Notes: generated from the sequence alone by a model not told the origin. Shown: positions 29,832 through 39,480, counted from the stretch's first letter. The stretch is DNA of 64,000 nt from Candidatus Magasanikbacteria bacterium GW2011_GWA2_56_11 (GCA_001004885.1 LCRX01000009.1:1459-65458); one strand, 5' to 3'. A program made the numbers and translations.

Positions 29832-31103
29832 ATGTGGGAAAAACTGGTCCGCATCTCTAAAATTAAAGCGTTGCGAAACAACGTGCTGTTTGTGGTGGCA
29901 ATGCTCATTATTTTTCGCGTCGCGGCGCATATCCCGGTGCCGGGGGTGAATATCGAGAACCTGCGCCGTTTTTTGGAGGGCAACCAGGTGCTCGGACTTT
30001 TGAACTTGTTTTCGGGCGGAACCATGGAGAATTTCTCGATTGTGCTCATGGGTGTCGGTCCCTACATTACGGCGTCTATCATTCTGCAGCTTTTGACCAT
30101 GGTAGTGCCCAGTCTGGAGGAGCTGTCGAAAGAAGGGGAATCGGGGCAAAAGAAAATCAACCTGTACACGCGCCTGGCCACCGTGCCGCTGGCTTTTTTG
30201 CAGGCTTTTGGCATGATCAAGCTTTTGAGCCAGTCGCAGTACGCCATTATCGGCAGCCTGACGCCGTTTCGGTTTGTTTCCATCATACTTACCGTAACGG
30301 CCGGGACAGTATTCCTTATGTGGATAGGCGAACTCATTTCCGAACGCAAAATCGGCAACGGCATCTCGCTCCTCATCTTTGCCGGCATCATCTCGGCCCT
30401 GCCGACCGCGGTTCAGAACGCGATCGTGAACTATAACCCCTCTGACCTGACCACCTACCTGCTGTTTGTCGCGCTCGCGGTCATAACGATCGTCGGGGTA
30501 GTTATCATCAGCGAAGGCCAGCGGAATATTCCCATTAGCTACGCCAAACAAATTCGCGGCAGCCGGGCGTTCGGCGGCGCGAAAAGCTTTTTGCCCCTGC
30601 GCGTAAACATGGCCGGCGTGATACCGATAATTTTTGCCGTTTCCGTGGTGCTTTTTCCGCCCATGATCGCCCAGTTTTTTGTCCGCGGCGGCGGGGCCAT
30701 GGCCGGGGCGGCCCAGGGTGTCATCAACCTTTTCAATAATCAACTGTTCTACGGCCTTCTGTATTTCACTTTGGTTTTCGGTTTTACCTATTTCTACACG
30801 GCCGTTATTTTCCATCCGCAAAAAATGGCCGAGAATTTGCAGCGTCAGGGAGCGTTTATCCCGGGAATCCGGCCGGGCAAGCAAACCGAAGAGTATATCG
30901 GCAAAACCATGAACCGGTTGCTTTTTCCGGGCGCGCTGTTTTTGGGCGCTATCGCCATTTTGCCGATCGTGGTGCAGGCCTTTACCAAGTCGCAAACGCT
31001 CGTGATCGGCGGCACCAGCCTGCTGATTGTCGTCTCGGTGGCGATCGAAACGGCCAAGCAGATCGAGGCGCAGCTGACGATGTACGAGTACGACAAAATT
31101 TAG
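29832..31103 (+). CDS. secY: preprotein translocase subunit SecY
   Basis: PYITASII, GNGISL, AGVIPIIFA, IPGIRPG, GGTSLLIVV. Confidence 0.98.
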   Translation: MWEKLVRISKIKALRNNVLFVVAMLIIFRVAAHIPVPGVNIENLRRFLEGNQVLGLLNLFSGGTMENFSIVLMGVGPYITASIILQLLTMVVPSLEELSKEGESGQKKINLYTRLATVPLAFLQAFGMIKLLSQSQYAIIGSLTPFRFVSIILTVTAGTVFLMWIGELISERKIGNGISLLIFAGIISALPTAVQNAIVNYNPSDLTTYLLFVALAVITIVGVVIISEGQRNIPISYAKQIRGSRAFGGAKSFLPLRVNMAGVIPIIFAVSVVLFPPMIAQFFVRGGGAMAGAAQGVINLFNNQLFYGLLYFTLVFGFTYFYTAVIFHPQKMAENLQRQGAFIPGIRPGKQTEEYIGKTMNRLLFPGALFLGAIAILPIVVQAFTKSQTLVIGGTSLLIVVSVAIETAKQIEAQLTMYEYDKI

Positions 31104-31113
31104 GTTTAGACCA

Positions 31114-31274
31114 GAACCTACTCCCAAAAATAACTTCCGGCTCAATTTTGGCCTGTTTCGGCTGCAAATTGTCCGTCTTTCGTCGTCATAATACCATTAT
31201 GCCTCCTCAACCCGGACAATTTTCGCTCGAAACAGGCACAAAATTGCCTCGGAATTATTTTTGGGAGTAGGTTC
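31114..31274. mobile_element. repeat family B copy after secY
   Basis: GAACCTACTCCCAAAAATAA...TTATTTTTGGGAGTAGGTTC-TA. Confidence 0.85.
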
Positions 31275-31398
31275 TAGAAAAAAATAAAAATACCCCGGTT
31301 TGAGCCGGGGTATTTTTATTGTCTCCCTCCTCGGCTTCCCGGAGCGGTCGAGCCAGGAACAATCCGGGAATTGGTGGAGCCGGGGAGGCAGGATTGGC

Positions 31399-31695
31399 CT
31401 ACTTGATGACACGCAGGCGTGGCGGCAGACGCGTAATACCTCTTAATGTCGGATCGGTATGGCCACCGGTCTGGGTTTTTCCTGGCGACATCGCTTTGAG
31501 CCTGGCGGCTTCGAATGATCGGTTCACGCTCAGGAGCGAGGTGAGGATGGTGGCGATCAAGAGCGAAAGACCGATCGCGAAGTTCACCTCCGCTTCGAAC
31601 TCCAACCGTCTGCCTACAGCCAGAAACGCCGCGAGCGTGGTAGACCATACTATGGGTAGGGACCAGCGTAACAAGATTTTTTTTCTTTCGGACAA
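31399..31695 (-). CDS. small two-TM hypothetical protein
   Basis: SD AAAGGAG before a TTG start on the minus strand; two hydrophobic segments; shares terminator 31283-31317 with secY. Confidence 0.55.
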   Translation of the reverse strand: MSERKKILLRWSLPIVWSTTLAAFLAVGRRLEFEAEVNFAIGLSLLIATILTSLLSVNRSFEAARLKAMSPGKTQTGGHTDPTLRGITRLPPRLRVIK

Positions 31696-31811
31696 GGCTT
31701 TACTCCTTTCGAGGGGTCGCCTCTACCCTAGGGGAATTTTAGGATTTTTCTTTTTTGGTTGTCAACGCTGTGGACTAGTGATATACTTACCCGGTAAGTT
31801 TAAGCTAACTT

Positions 31812-32105
31812 ATGGGCATTTTTAGCAATTTTTTTGGTTCGAGCTCGAGCCGTTATCCGACCCGCGAGTTCCCTTTGCCGGAGGTAAAGTTGCGCCAGCT
31901 GGTGTCCGGCACCCTGATAGGAACTCTGGAATCGTCCGAGGAAAAGGCGGTGGAAGAAGCTATTCTGGCCCGGCGTTTCGGCGACGGCAAAATTTCTTTG
32001 CGGCAAATTGATGAGGTACTCCGGAGATTGCAAGATCAAAACAGGATAAGCCCGAATGACCGGCGGTCGCTCATGCGCGTGTTTGAAAAGTATTGCCAGG
32101 CATAG
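31812..32105 (+). CDS. hypothetical protein (97 aa)
   Basis: TATG start like host genes; helical composition. Confidence 0.65.
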   Translation: MGIFSNFFGSSSSRYPTREFPLPEVKLRQLVSGTLIGTLESSEEKAVEEAILARRFGDGKISLRQIDEVLRRLQDQNRISPNDRRSLMRVFEKYCQA

Positions 32106-32162
32106 CCGCTGGGACGACTCTTGGTAGCCCCCTTGGTTTTTGAATCATCAGATTGTGGGTTT

Positions 32163-32825
32163 ATGAAAAAGATTATCATGCTCATGGGCGTCCCCGGCAG
32201 CGGCAAGGGAACACAGGCGAAGCGGCTCGCGGCGCGCTACGGGTACGCGCATATCTCGACCGGCGATTTGCTGCGCGCGCTTGACCTCGACCCGAAGGCC
32301 GATCCGGAGGATAAGCGCCAGCTCGCCGAGATGAAAGCCGGCCGGCTGGTGCCGGCGGGCCTTATTTACAAGCTGGCCTTTCGTGAGATCGAAAAGAATC
32401 TCGCGACCGGGCAGGGCGTGGTGCTCGACGGCGCTGTGCGCACCGTGGAGCAGGCCAGGGAATACCAGAATTTTTTCCGGGAAAAGCGAGTCGAGTCCGA
32501 GCTCGTAGTCATAGAAATCGCGCTTGACGATGAAACGACGTTCCAGCGGCTCACCAAGCGCAAAGTATGCGCCGAGTGCGGCAATATCATCCCGTATTCT
32601 GCGGATAACGAACGGAAAACTGTCTGCGACCGGTGCGGCGGCGCCCTCATGGTGCGCGCCGACGACAATCCGGAGGCGATCCGGCGCCGGATCGCGGAGC
32701 AGGGCAATGCGGCCTTGCAACCGATCTTGGACTACTATCGCGAGCTCGGTGTGAGTCGGCGGGTGGCGGGAGAGAAGGAGATAGACGAGGTGGCGCTGGA
32801 GATTGAAGAAAAACTGGCGGAATAA
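32163..32825 (+). CDS. adk: adenylate kinase (Zn-lid)
   Basis: GVPGSGKGTQA, HISTGDLLR, LDG..R, CAECG/CDRCG, RADD. Confidence 0.95.
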   Translation: MKKIIMLMGVPGSGKGTQAKRLAARYGYAHISTGDLLRALDLDPKADPEDKRQLAEMKAGRLVPAGLIYKLAFREIEKNLATGQGVVLDGAVRTVEQAREYQNFFREKRVESELVVIEIALDDETTFQRLTKRKVCAECGNIIPYSADNERKTVCDRCGGALMVRADDNPEAIRRRIAEQGNAALQPILDYYRELGVSRRVAGEKEIDEVALEIEEKLAE

Positions 32826-32852
32826 ACAGTATTGTTTCAGAAAAAGAGGCCG

Positions 32853-33656
32853 TTACCGGGTCTCTTTTTTCATTTCCGGATGTTTCCGTACGAATACATC
32901 TAGCGGCTCGGCGCTTTGCCAGGCGAGGGAGAAAAGGGTCCGCAACGTATCGGCCAAAACTTGGCTTTGGATGAGGGTGGTGAAGAGCTTGCCCGCGAAT
33001 GATACCATCATGATTTTATCTTCGAAGATGGCGTTATCGGTGCCAACGAACTGCTGCGAGAATTCCGGCGGCACGACGCGAACCTCGTGACGCGGATTGA
33101 CGGCGAGTATTTTTTGGCCGTAGGCGATATCCACCGGATCGGGATTTACAAATTCTTTGGCCTGGCGCTGATAGTTGGTCTCTCCGGTGGCATCGGCAAT
33201 CCACAGGTCGAGCAGGTCCGGGAGCGCCTCATAGATTTTTCGTATAGAGGAGAAAAACAGAATTTCGGTTTTGCTCTTCCAGACGGTTTCGAGGTACACC
33301 TGCTTCATTCCCTCTATCCCCTCGTACACCCGCACTTGCGGCTTGCCCTTTTCGACATTGTACATAGCCCTAAGAAAGGGGAGCGCCTGTTTTACCGAAT
33401 GCTGCCGCTCCTGCACGACGCGGGCGAGCTTGTCCGGATCTTCGGCTATGTAAGTGGAGCCGCGCTCGGTCGGCTTTTCCGACAGCAACCCGCGGCGGAT
33501 TAGGTCTTCGATAATGACGTAAGCGGTCGGGCGTTTGATTCCGGCTTTTTGGGCGATATTTTGCACTGAGTCGGTTCCGAGCTCGAGCGCGGCCAGGTAG
33601 ATTTTCGCTTCTTTTTCGGAGAGGCCGAAATCGAGCAGGCTTTTTTCGAGAAACAT
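32853..33656 (-). CDS. TrmB-family transcriptional regulator
   Basis: GLSEKEAKIYLAALELG...IAQKAGIKRPTAY HTH, PQVRVYEGIEG, LFSLAW; promoter TTGACA-17-TATACT on the minus strand (33755-33727). Confidence 0.88.
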   Translation of the reverse strand: MFLEKSLLDFGLSEKEAKIYLAALELGTDSVQNIAQKAGIKRPTAYVIIEDLIRRGLLSEKPTERGSTYIAEDPDKLARVVQERQHSVKQALPFLRAMYNVEKGKPQVRVYEGIEGMKQVYLETVWKSKTEILFFSSIRKIYEALPDLLDLWIADATGETNYQRQAKEFVNPDPVDIAYGQKILAVNPRHEVRVVPPEFSQQFVGTDNAIFEDKIMMVSFAGKLFTTLIQSQVLADTLRTLFSLAWQSAEPLDVFVRKHPEMKKETR

Positions 33657-33668
33657 AAGAGAATTTTA

Positions 33669-33715
33669 GAACCTACTCCCAAAATTGAGCCGGAAGTTAT
33701 TTTGGGAGTAGGTTC
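33669..33715. mobile_element. 47-bp miniature family B element
   Basis: TA-GAACCTACTCCCAAAAT...ATTTTGGGAGTAGGTTC-TA; central part deleted. Confidence 0.8.
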
Positions 33716-33741
33716 TAGCTAGAGCTAGTATACCTCTTTTT

Positions 33742-33803
33742 TATTATGTTGTCAATAGTTTTGACAACATAATACTAATTTAGCTATATATAGCTAAATT
33801 AGT
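33742..33803. promoter_or_regulatory. two palindromic operator candidates in the divergent promoter region
   Basis: TATTATGTTGTCAA-n5-TTGACAACATAATA (33742-33774) and ACTAATTTAGCTATATATAGCTAAATTAGT (33774-33803). Confidence 0.65.
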
Positions 33804-33825
33804 TAGCTTTTTTTACATAAAATCA

Positions 33826-33854
33826 TTGACAAAATGTGTTAAATCAAGTATAAT
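33826..33854 (+). promoter_or_regulatory. consensus sigma70 promoter
   Basis: TTGACA-17-TATAAT. Confidence 0.8.
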
Positions 33855-34018
33855 CCGGCGTTAAACTTGATAATAAGTTCTTTCCAATTACCCCCCCGTA
33901 AGGAAAGACTCGTGCCAGAGCGCTCCACAGTTGCCTTGACACGAGTCTTTCCTATCTGGTCCGGGGACTCGGCGAGCAGGCGCTCGCAGTAGACGGACCG
34001 AGGCGACGGGGGTTGAGA

Positions 34019-34774
34019 ATGAAGAGCGTGAACGACGTCCTCGGCAGCGTGCAGGAGTGTGGCGGTTCGGCGGTGCTCGTGCAGCGGCACGGGAGCTACA
34101 TGACCGGCCACGTCCGGGCCCGGTGCCCGGACGGGCACGTGCTCGCCGCGCGCAACTACGCGCGGCTCGAGCCCGACTGCATGTGGCCCCTGGCCTTCGA
34201 GGCGATCCAGGAGTGCCACGCGCAGGCGGCGATGCTGGCCGCGGCCGGCATGAAGGTCGAGGAGGTCATCGGTTCTCACCAGGGGCGGGGCCCGCACACC
34301 GGGCAGTGCCTCTCCGAGGGTTACGCCCGCGCGACCGGCGGCACCTGGCTCCCGTTCCGCTGCGACGCGGCTTTCGACTACCCGGTCTACGACTACGACC
34401 AGGCGCTCGCGGCGCTCCGCACGGTCGGCGACCCGATGGTCGCCGAGTGGCTGAACGGCAAGCGGCCGGGGCTCATCGTGGGCGAGACGCCGGCGAGCTT
34501 CGAGCGCCGGATCATGTCGGCCCTCGAGGGTCTCATGGCCGAGTCGGGCAGCCGGATCGTCACCTCTCACTTCGAGATCGTGACGCTCGTCCGGGCGCTC
34601 ACGGTCGCGGGCGAGCGGCTCGGCTCCGTGGACGAGGGCTGGTTCCCGGTGAAAAACGGCGGCGTCATCCTCTGGCGCGAGTCGGCCACCAGCCAGAGCT
34701 GGCACGCGGCCGAGTACGGGCCGGACTACACCCTCCGGGGCGTGGCGGTCTTCACGCTGCCGCCCGCTGTCTAG
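34019..34774 (+). CDS. divergent histidine phosphatase (phosphoglycerate mutase) superfamily protein
   Basis: VLVQRHG, GETPASFERRI and IVTSH motifs; very high GC3; hairpin 34788-34822 downstream. Confidence 0.65.
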   Translation: MKSVNDVLGSVQECGGSAVLVQRHGSYMTGHVRARCPDGHVLAARNYARLEPDCMWPLAFEAIQECHAQAAMLAAAGMKVEEVIGSHQGRGPHTGQCLSEGYARATGGTWLPFRCDAAFDYPVYDYDQALAALRTVGDPMVAEWLNGKRPGLIVGETPASFERRIMSALEGLMAESGSRIVTSHFEIVTLVRALTVAGERLGSVDEGWFPVKNGGVILWRESATSQSWHAAEYGPDYTLRGVAVFTLPPAV

Positions 34775-34902
34775 TTGTTCTTTTCTTGGCGCGCGCGTCT
34801 TGCACTCGAAGACGCGCGCGCCACCCACCACTCTAGAACTTAGTGATGGAAGGCGGTTGTACCGCAGTCGATTTCTAAATTTTAGACTGGTCATTCTCAT
34901 TA

Positions 34903-35066
34903 GAACCCACCCGCCAAATAATGCCCAGGCAATTCCGCGCCTGTTTTCTCTCCTAAATTTTCCGCATTGAGGAAGATTGGCTGTTCTATAGCGACAAAAG
35001 CCGGACAATGTTAGGAACCGCAAGAGGCCAAAGTTGAGCCGGAAGTTATTTGGTGAACAGAGGTTG
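34903..35066. repeat. degenerate family B copy
   Basis: TA-GAACCCACCCGCCAAATAA ... GCCGGACAAT ... TTGAGCCGGAAGTTATTTGG. Confidence 0.7.
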
Positions 35067-35098
35067 CACACTGCCGCGCTAGGGCCGGCTCGCCCTGG

Positions 35099-35182
35099 CT
35101 TCGGGACCAGGAATATTCTTCGGGGACATCAGCTCGCTAACGGCTCGAAAATGTCCCCGGAGAATATTCCTGGTCCGGAAGC
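35099..35182. repeat. long hairpin element with family-A-like loop
   Basis: GCTTCGGGACCAGGAATATTCTTCGGGGACAT-loop(CTCGCTaacGGCTC)-ATGTCCCCGGAGAATATTCCTGGTCCGGAAGC. Confidence 0.75.
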
Positions 35183-35340
35183 TGGATAGGATTAGGACGG
35201 GTATATGACCAGGACGGAGCGGAGACGCGTCAACCCGCCGGGAAACCGGACAGTTTAGGAGCCGGGAGAGGGTGAGGTTTAGTCGGGATTTTTCTCGCGC
35301 TCGTTCGGATGGTTTGTCTGCTATTGATACAAATACTGCT

Positions 35341-36768
35341 ATGTCCTTAATTATCAAAGGCACCGGCGCCAGCCGCGGGCGGGCGCGCGGGCCGGTGAAA
35401 ATCATTACCGGAATCGCTGACGCCGGCAAATTTCAGGACGGCGATATTCTGGTAACCCGGATTACCAGTCCGGCCATGGTGGCGATGATGGCCCGGGCGG
35501 CGGCGATTGTCTGCGATGTCGGGAGCGTCACCTCGCACCCGTCTGTCGTCAGCCGCGAACTGGGCATTCCCTGCGTGGTTAACACGCGGGAGGCGACGGC
35601 CCGGCTACAGGATGGTTTAGTGGTTGAAGTGGACGGGAGCGAGGGGGAAGTCAGAGTGATTTCCAGGGAACCGGAGGGCGCAAAAAATCCGGCGGTATCT
35701 GCCTTAAATCTCGACAGCGAAATTGATACCTGGCTCGACATCGCGGTCGAGGCCGTGTCGGCTATGGATTTTTCCACCTTCGAGGACGTCGTCGCCTGGT
35801 ATCGCTACGATCCGCTCGCGGCTCGGCCGTGGCTCGAACACGTGCGCCGGATTGTCCGGCAATGCCGGGTGGAGAGGCTGACGGCCATGGAAGCGGCGCG
35901 TTTGTTGCCCAATCCGAGCGAGATCCGCGGCACCATGATCTTTGATTTGTACGCGACCAAGTATGCCGGCCTGTCCAAGGCGGAACGCCTGGAAATTTTT
36001 GACTTTTACCGTCGGATGCTGAGAGCGCTGTGCCTTGATGACCCCTACGCCCGGGAAAAAAATGTCATCCACTCGAAAGAAAAAATCCGGGAACTCGCCG
36101 CCGCGGCCGATCCGGCCACGCCGCCCATCGCCCGCGCGCTCGGCCGACTGGTGAGCGCCGGCTATCACGTGGGACACGCGCTTTACAGCGACATGCACCC
36201 GAGCATCGTCTACGATAACTACGCTCCGTATGATGTCTCCGACCTCTACGGGCCAAGGTCTGTGGCCGTGATCAAGGAATTTAACAACCTGAACTGTCCC
36301 GAAATTTGGCCGGAGTTGAAGCCGGTACCGGCCGACAGCGTGCGCATAGTATGCGTTTACGAAAACGTCTTGGCCCGCGTGGACACGGTTTCGCATATCG
36401 TCTACGACGGCGACACGGTGAACGGCCTTAAATACGCCGCGGTCTATGTGGACGGGCAAAAGCGCGATCCGCTCTCCCTTTCCGGACTTTCCGCCGGGCT
36501 GGAACAGGCGGCCATTGACGCCTTTACCCGCTGGCAAGGATTTGATCTCGAAGAACGCAAGCGCCGGTATTATCTGGCCAAGGCCTATGATTTCAAAAAT
36601 CTGGCCGGGAAACTGGGACTCGACTGGAAGCCGGGAGAAGAACTCTCTGCGGCCGTTCGCGGGAAACCTTTGTGTCGGGTGGAGTGGCCGGTCGAGAAAG
36701 CGGCCGTTAAATATCGGCTGCGGTCCATTCTTGACCCCCGCATCGAGCCGGCGGCCGGACTCCTTTAG
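35341..36768 (+). CDS. PEP-utilising enzyme mobile (phospho-His) domain fused to an unknown ~350-aa domain
   Basis: GTGASRG.ARGPV, GDILV, GSVTSHPSVVSRELGIPCVV, VEVDG..G.V. Confidence 0.85.
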   Translation: MSLIIKGTGASRGRARGPVKIITGIADAGKFQDGDILVTRITSPAMVAMMARAAAIVCDVGSVTSHPSVVSRELGIPCVVNTREATARLQDGLVVEVDGSEGEVRVISREPEGAKNPAVSALNLDSEIDTWLDIAVEAVSAMDFSTFEDVVAWYRYDPLAARPWLEHVRRIVRQCRVERLTAMEAARLLPNPSEIRGTMIFDLYATKYAGLSKAERLEIFDFYRRMLRALCLDDPYAREKNVIHSKEKIRELAAAADPATPPIARALGRLVSAGYHVGHALYSDMHPSIVYDNYAPYDVSDLYGPRSVAVIKEFNNLNCPEIWPELKPVPADSVRIVCVYENVLARVDTVSHIVYDGDTVNGLKYAAVYVDGQKRDPLSLSGLSAGLEQAAIDAFTRWQGFDLEERKRRYYLAKAYDFKNLAGKLGLDWKPGEELSAAVRGKPLCRVEWPVEKAAVKYRLRSILDPRIEPAAGLL

Positions 36769-36851
36769 CGTGCCGGTTTTGCCGTCTGTTGGCTTGTTTT
36801 TTCGCGGCCGTGTGCTAGACTACCCTCTAGTTTCGAATCGGCGCGCGGGCT

Positions 36852-37679
36852 ATGTACGTCAAAAAACCCCATGAAATCGAACTTATCATCGAGGGCGGGC
36901 GCCTGATGGGCGATGTTCTCGATCGACTTTCCGGGATGATCAAACCCGGCGTGTCGGCGTGGGAAATTGATCAAGCGGCCGAGGCCATGATCCGGGCGGC
37001 GGGCGGCGCGCCGGCGTTCAAAGGCTACCGCGGTCGGAAGAGCGACCCGCCGTTCCCTTCCACATTGTGTTTTTCTGTCAACGAAGAACTGGTGCATGGG
37101 ATAGCGACGAAAGAAAAAATAGTCAAAGACGGGGACCTAGTGAGCCTGGATATCGGCATGGAATATCCGGCGGGCCAAAACTCCAAGGCAAAAAATCAAA
37201 AATCCGGACGCGGGTATTTTACTGATACGGCGCTGACTGTGGCGGTGGGCAAAGTCCCGGAAAAGATCCAAAAACTGTTGCGGGTTACCGAGCAGGCGCT
37301 CGAGGCGGGAATAGAGGCGTCCCGGCCGGGCCGGACAGTGGCCGATATCGGCCGGGCGATTGAACAGTATGTCTACCAGCAGGGACGCTACGGCATCGTG
37401 CGCGATCTGGTCGGACACGGCGTCGGGCACGCGGTCCACGAAGAGCCCAGGGTACCCAATTACTACGACGAAGATCTGGAAACCTGGATTTTGCGACCGG
37501 GTGTCGTGATCGCCATCGAACCCATGATTAGCCTGGGCTCTTACCAGGTAAAGGTGGCGCGCGACGGCTGGACAATTTCGACCGCGGATCAGAGTCTCAA
37601 CGCGCATTTTGAACATACCATTGTCATTACCGAAGACGGTCCGCTGGTCGCGACGCGGCGGCCGTCCGAACGGCCGTAA
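36852..37679 (+). CDS. map: type I methionine aminopeptidase
   Basis: SVNEELVHG, DIG, TDTA, GHGVG..VHEEP, IEPM, AHFEHT. Confidence 0.97.
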   Translation: MYVKKPHEIELIIEGGRLMGDVLDRLSGMIKPGVSAWEIDQAAEAMIRAAGGAPAFKGYRGRKSDPPFPSTLCFSVNEELVHGIATKEKIVKDGDLVSLDIGMEYPAGQNSKAKNQKSGRGYFTDTALTVAVGKVPEKIQKLLRVTEQALEAGIEASRPGRTVADIGRAIEQYVYQQGRYGIVRDLVGHGVGHAVHEEPRVPNYYDEDLETWILRPGVVIAIEPMISLGSYQVKVARDGWTISTADQSLNAHFEHTIVITEDGPLVATRRPSERP

Positions 37680-37746
37680 ACATTTTTAGCGGACGGTTTT
37701 TCCGCGTCGGACTGCCGGCGCGGAAGTTCATTATTACTTTTTCCAT

Positions 37747-39354
37747 ATGCCGACTCGTGTATTTTTTTTAGCGGTTTTTTTGGCCGCGTCCGCGGCGTTT
37801 TTTCCGCTAAGCGTCCGGGGCGAGGATACGGCCGGCGGCCAATCCGGCGCGGCGAGCTGCTTGTCCGAGGCGCAGTATTGGTACAATGCCGCCGTCGGCG
37901 GCTGCTTGACGAAAGTCGCCGCTGATATTGGCAACGCCTACGCGAGCACGTCGATCGGCGAATACACCACCCCAGAACAGGCGGCCCTGGTGGCCGAAGA
38001 ACTGCAACAGCAGCACAGGCAGCTGTTTGCCGACATTCAAGAACGCCAGGCAGCTTGCTATTCCGGAGATATTGCCGAGACTTACCAAAAGAAAACTGCC
38101 GAATGCTACGCCAAAAATACCTTTGGGCCGGTATGGGACCGGATACCAGTTCTAAAAGGCGCGCTCGTGAACACTTTTCAGGATTACGATAAGTTGTCCC
38201 CGGCCCAAGCCCAGGAGCTGGGGATTTGCATCGAGCAGTGGTCGCAAATTTATGATGTTAAGCTGGTTTCCGGCGAGTCGGAGCGCGCTTTGAGCCGGTG
38301 TTTTACGGCTGCCGGCCTATCCGGCCTGGCCGGGGTTTATGAAAAGGCAGCCATTGTTATCGACTGCGCCCAGGAACAGTCGCCGTTCAAAAGCCCGGAC
38401 GACGTCGCCCGGCTGTTTCAGGCGCAAACACCGGCGGAGGCCGCGTATATTGAACAGTGTGTTATCAAGCGCACCGCACCGGTCGTGGCCGGTATCGCTG
38501 TTTTGAATCTGCCTTGGGCCGCCGGCTGGCATAATGTATTTCTACTCGGCCAGCTGATAGTTACCCAGCCGTTCTTTCTTATCCGGCGGCGCAAGTACAA
38601 GACCTGGGGCAAGGTATTCGACGCGGTTACTACCAGTCCGGTGGACCTGGGCAGCGTCAGGCTGGTCAACGACGAAACCAAGAAAGTCGTCTCGACCCTG
38701 GTTACCGGGCGGGACGGCGCTTACTTCTTTTTGCCTCCGCCCGGCACTTACCGGGTGGAGGTGGACAAGCCCGGCTACCGGTTTCCGTCGGCGCTGCTTT
38801 CCCGGCAGGCCAAGGAGGCTGGCCAGTATTTTGGCGAGCCGATCCCGATTGCGCGCCGGGAGGACGTGATTGACCGGCATATTCCGGTGGATCCGCACGT
38901 GGCGCGCGTATCGGCGGCGCATTTTATCTGGCGCAAGTGGAAGTACCGGGCGGCGCTCGCTGTCGGGCTCGCGGCGCCTTTGCTGTCGCTCTTTGCCCTG
39001 GCGTTTTCGCGGGCCTGGTGGGTGGTGACGCTTTTCTTTGTCCACCTGGTGTTGTTGGTTTTCTTTCTGCGCCTGTCCCGGCGGGACAGGGCGCGCAAGT
39101 TTGGCGTGGTTACCGGGCCGGGCCAGGGTCCTTTGGGGGGAGTAGTGGTCTCTCTGTTCCGGAAAGAGGACAATAAACTTTTGCACTATTGCGTTACGGA
39201 TATGTTTGGACGGTATTATTTTCCGCGCGTAGAGGGTAACTTTGCCCTCACCTTTAAGAAATCGGGGTACGCGGAAAAACAGATACCGCTGTCGGTAAAA
39301 GACAGCGACAGCCGGACGTCGCTCAAAGCGGACGTGAGTCTGGAGAAGGGATAG
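37747..39354 (+). CDS. membrane protein with Cys-rich exported N-terminus and carboxypeptidase-regulatory-like domains
   Basis: Signal peptide; GKVFDAVT..VTGRDGAYFF..PGTY..KPGY and VTDMFGRYYF..KSGY repeats; TM segments. Confidence 0.75.
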   Translation: MPTRVFFLAVFLAASAAFFPLSVRGEDTAGGQSGAASCLSEAQYWYNAAVGGCLTKVAADIGNAYASTSIGEYTTPEQAALVAEELQQQHRQLFADIQERQAACYSGDIAETYQKKTAECYAKNTFGPVWDRIPVLKGALVNTFQDYDKLSPAQAQELGICIEQWSQIYDVKLVSGESERALSRCFTAAGLSGLAGVYEKAAIVIDCAQEQSPFKSPDDVARLFQAQTPAEAAYIEQCVIKRTAPVVAGIAVLNLPWAAGWHNVFLLGQLIVTQPFFLIRRRKYKTWGKVFDAVTTSPVDLGSVRLVNDETKKVVSTLVTGRDGAYFFLPPPGTYRVEVDKPGYRFPSALLSRQAKEAGQYFGEPIPIARREDVIDRHIPVDPHVARVSAAHFIWRKWKYRAALAVGLAAPLLSLFALAFSRAWWVVTLFFVHLVLLVFFLRLSRRDRARKFGVVTGPGQGPLGGVVVSLFRKEDNKLLHYCVTDMFGRYYFPRVEGNFALTFKKSGYAEKQIPLSVKDSDSRTSLKADVSLEKG

Positions 39355-39480
39355 ATAATCGGGAGCGTCCGCTGATCGGCACGCCGCTGGCGCGGACGAT
39401 CGCGCTACGCAAACCGGCCGAATTGGTTTGGTATCGCGCGGTATGATTATGCCGGCGCGGTTAGGTGATGACCACATTAT

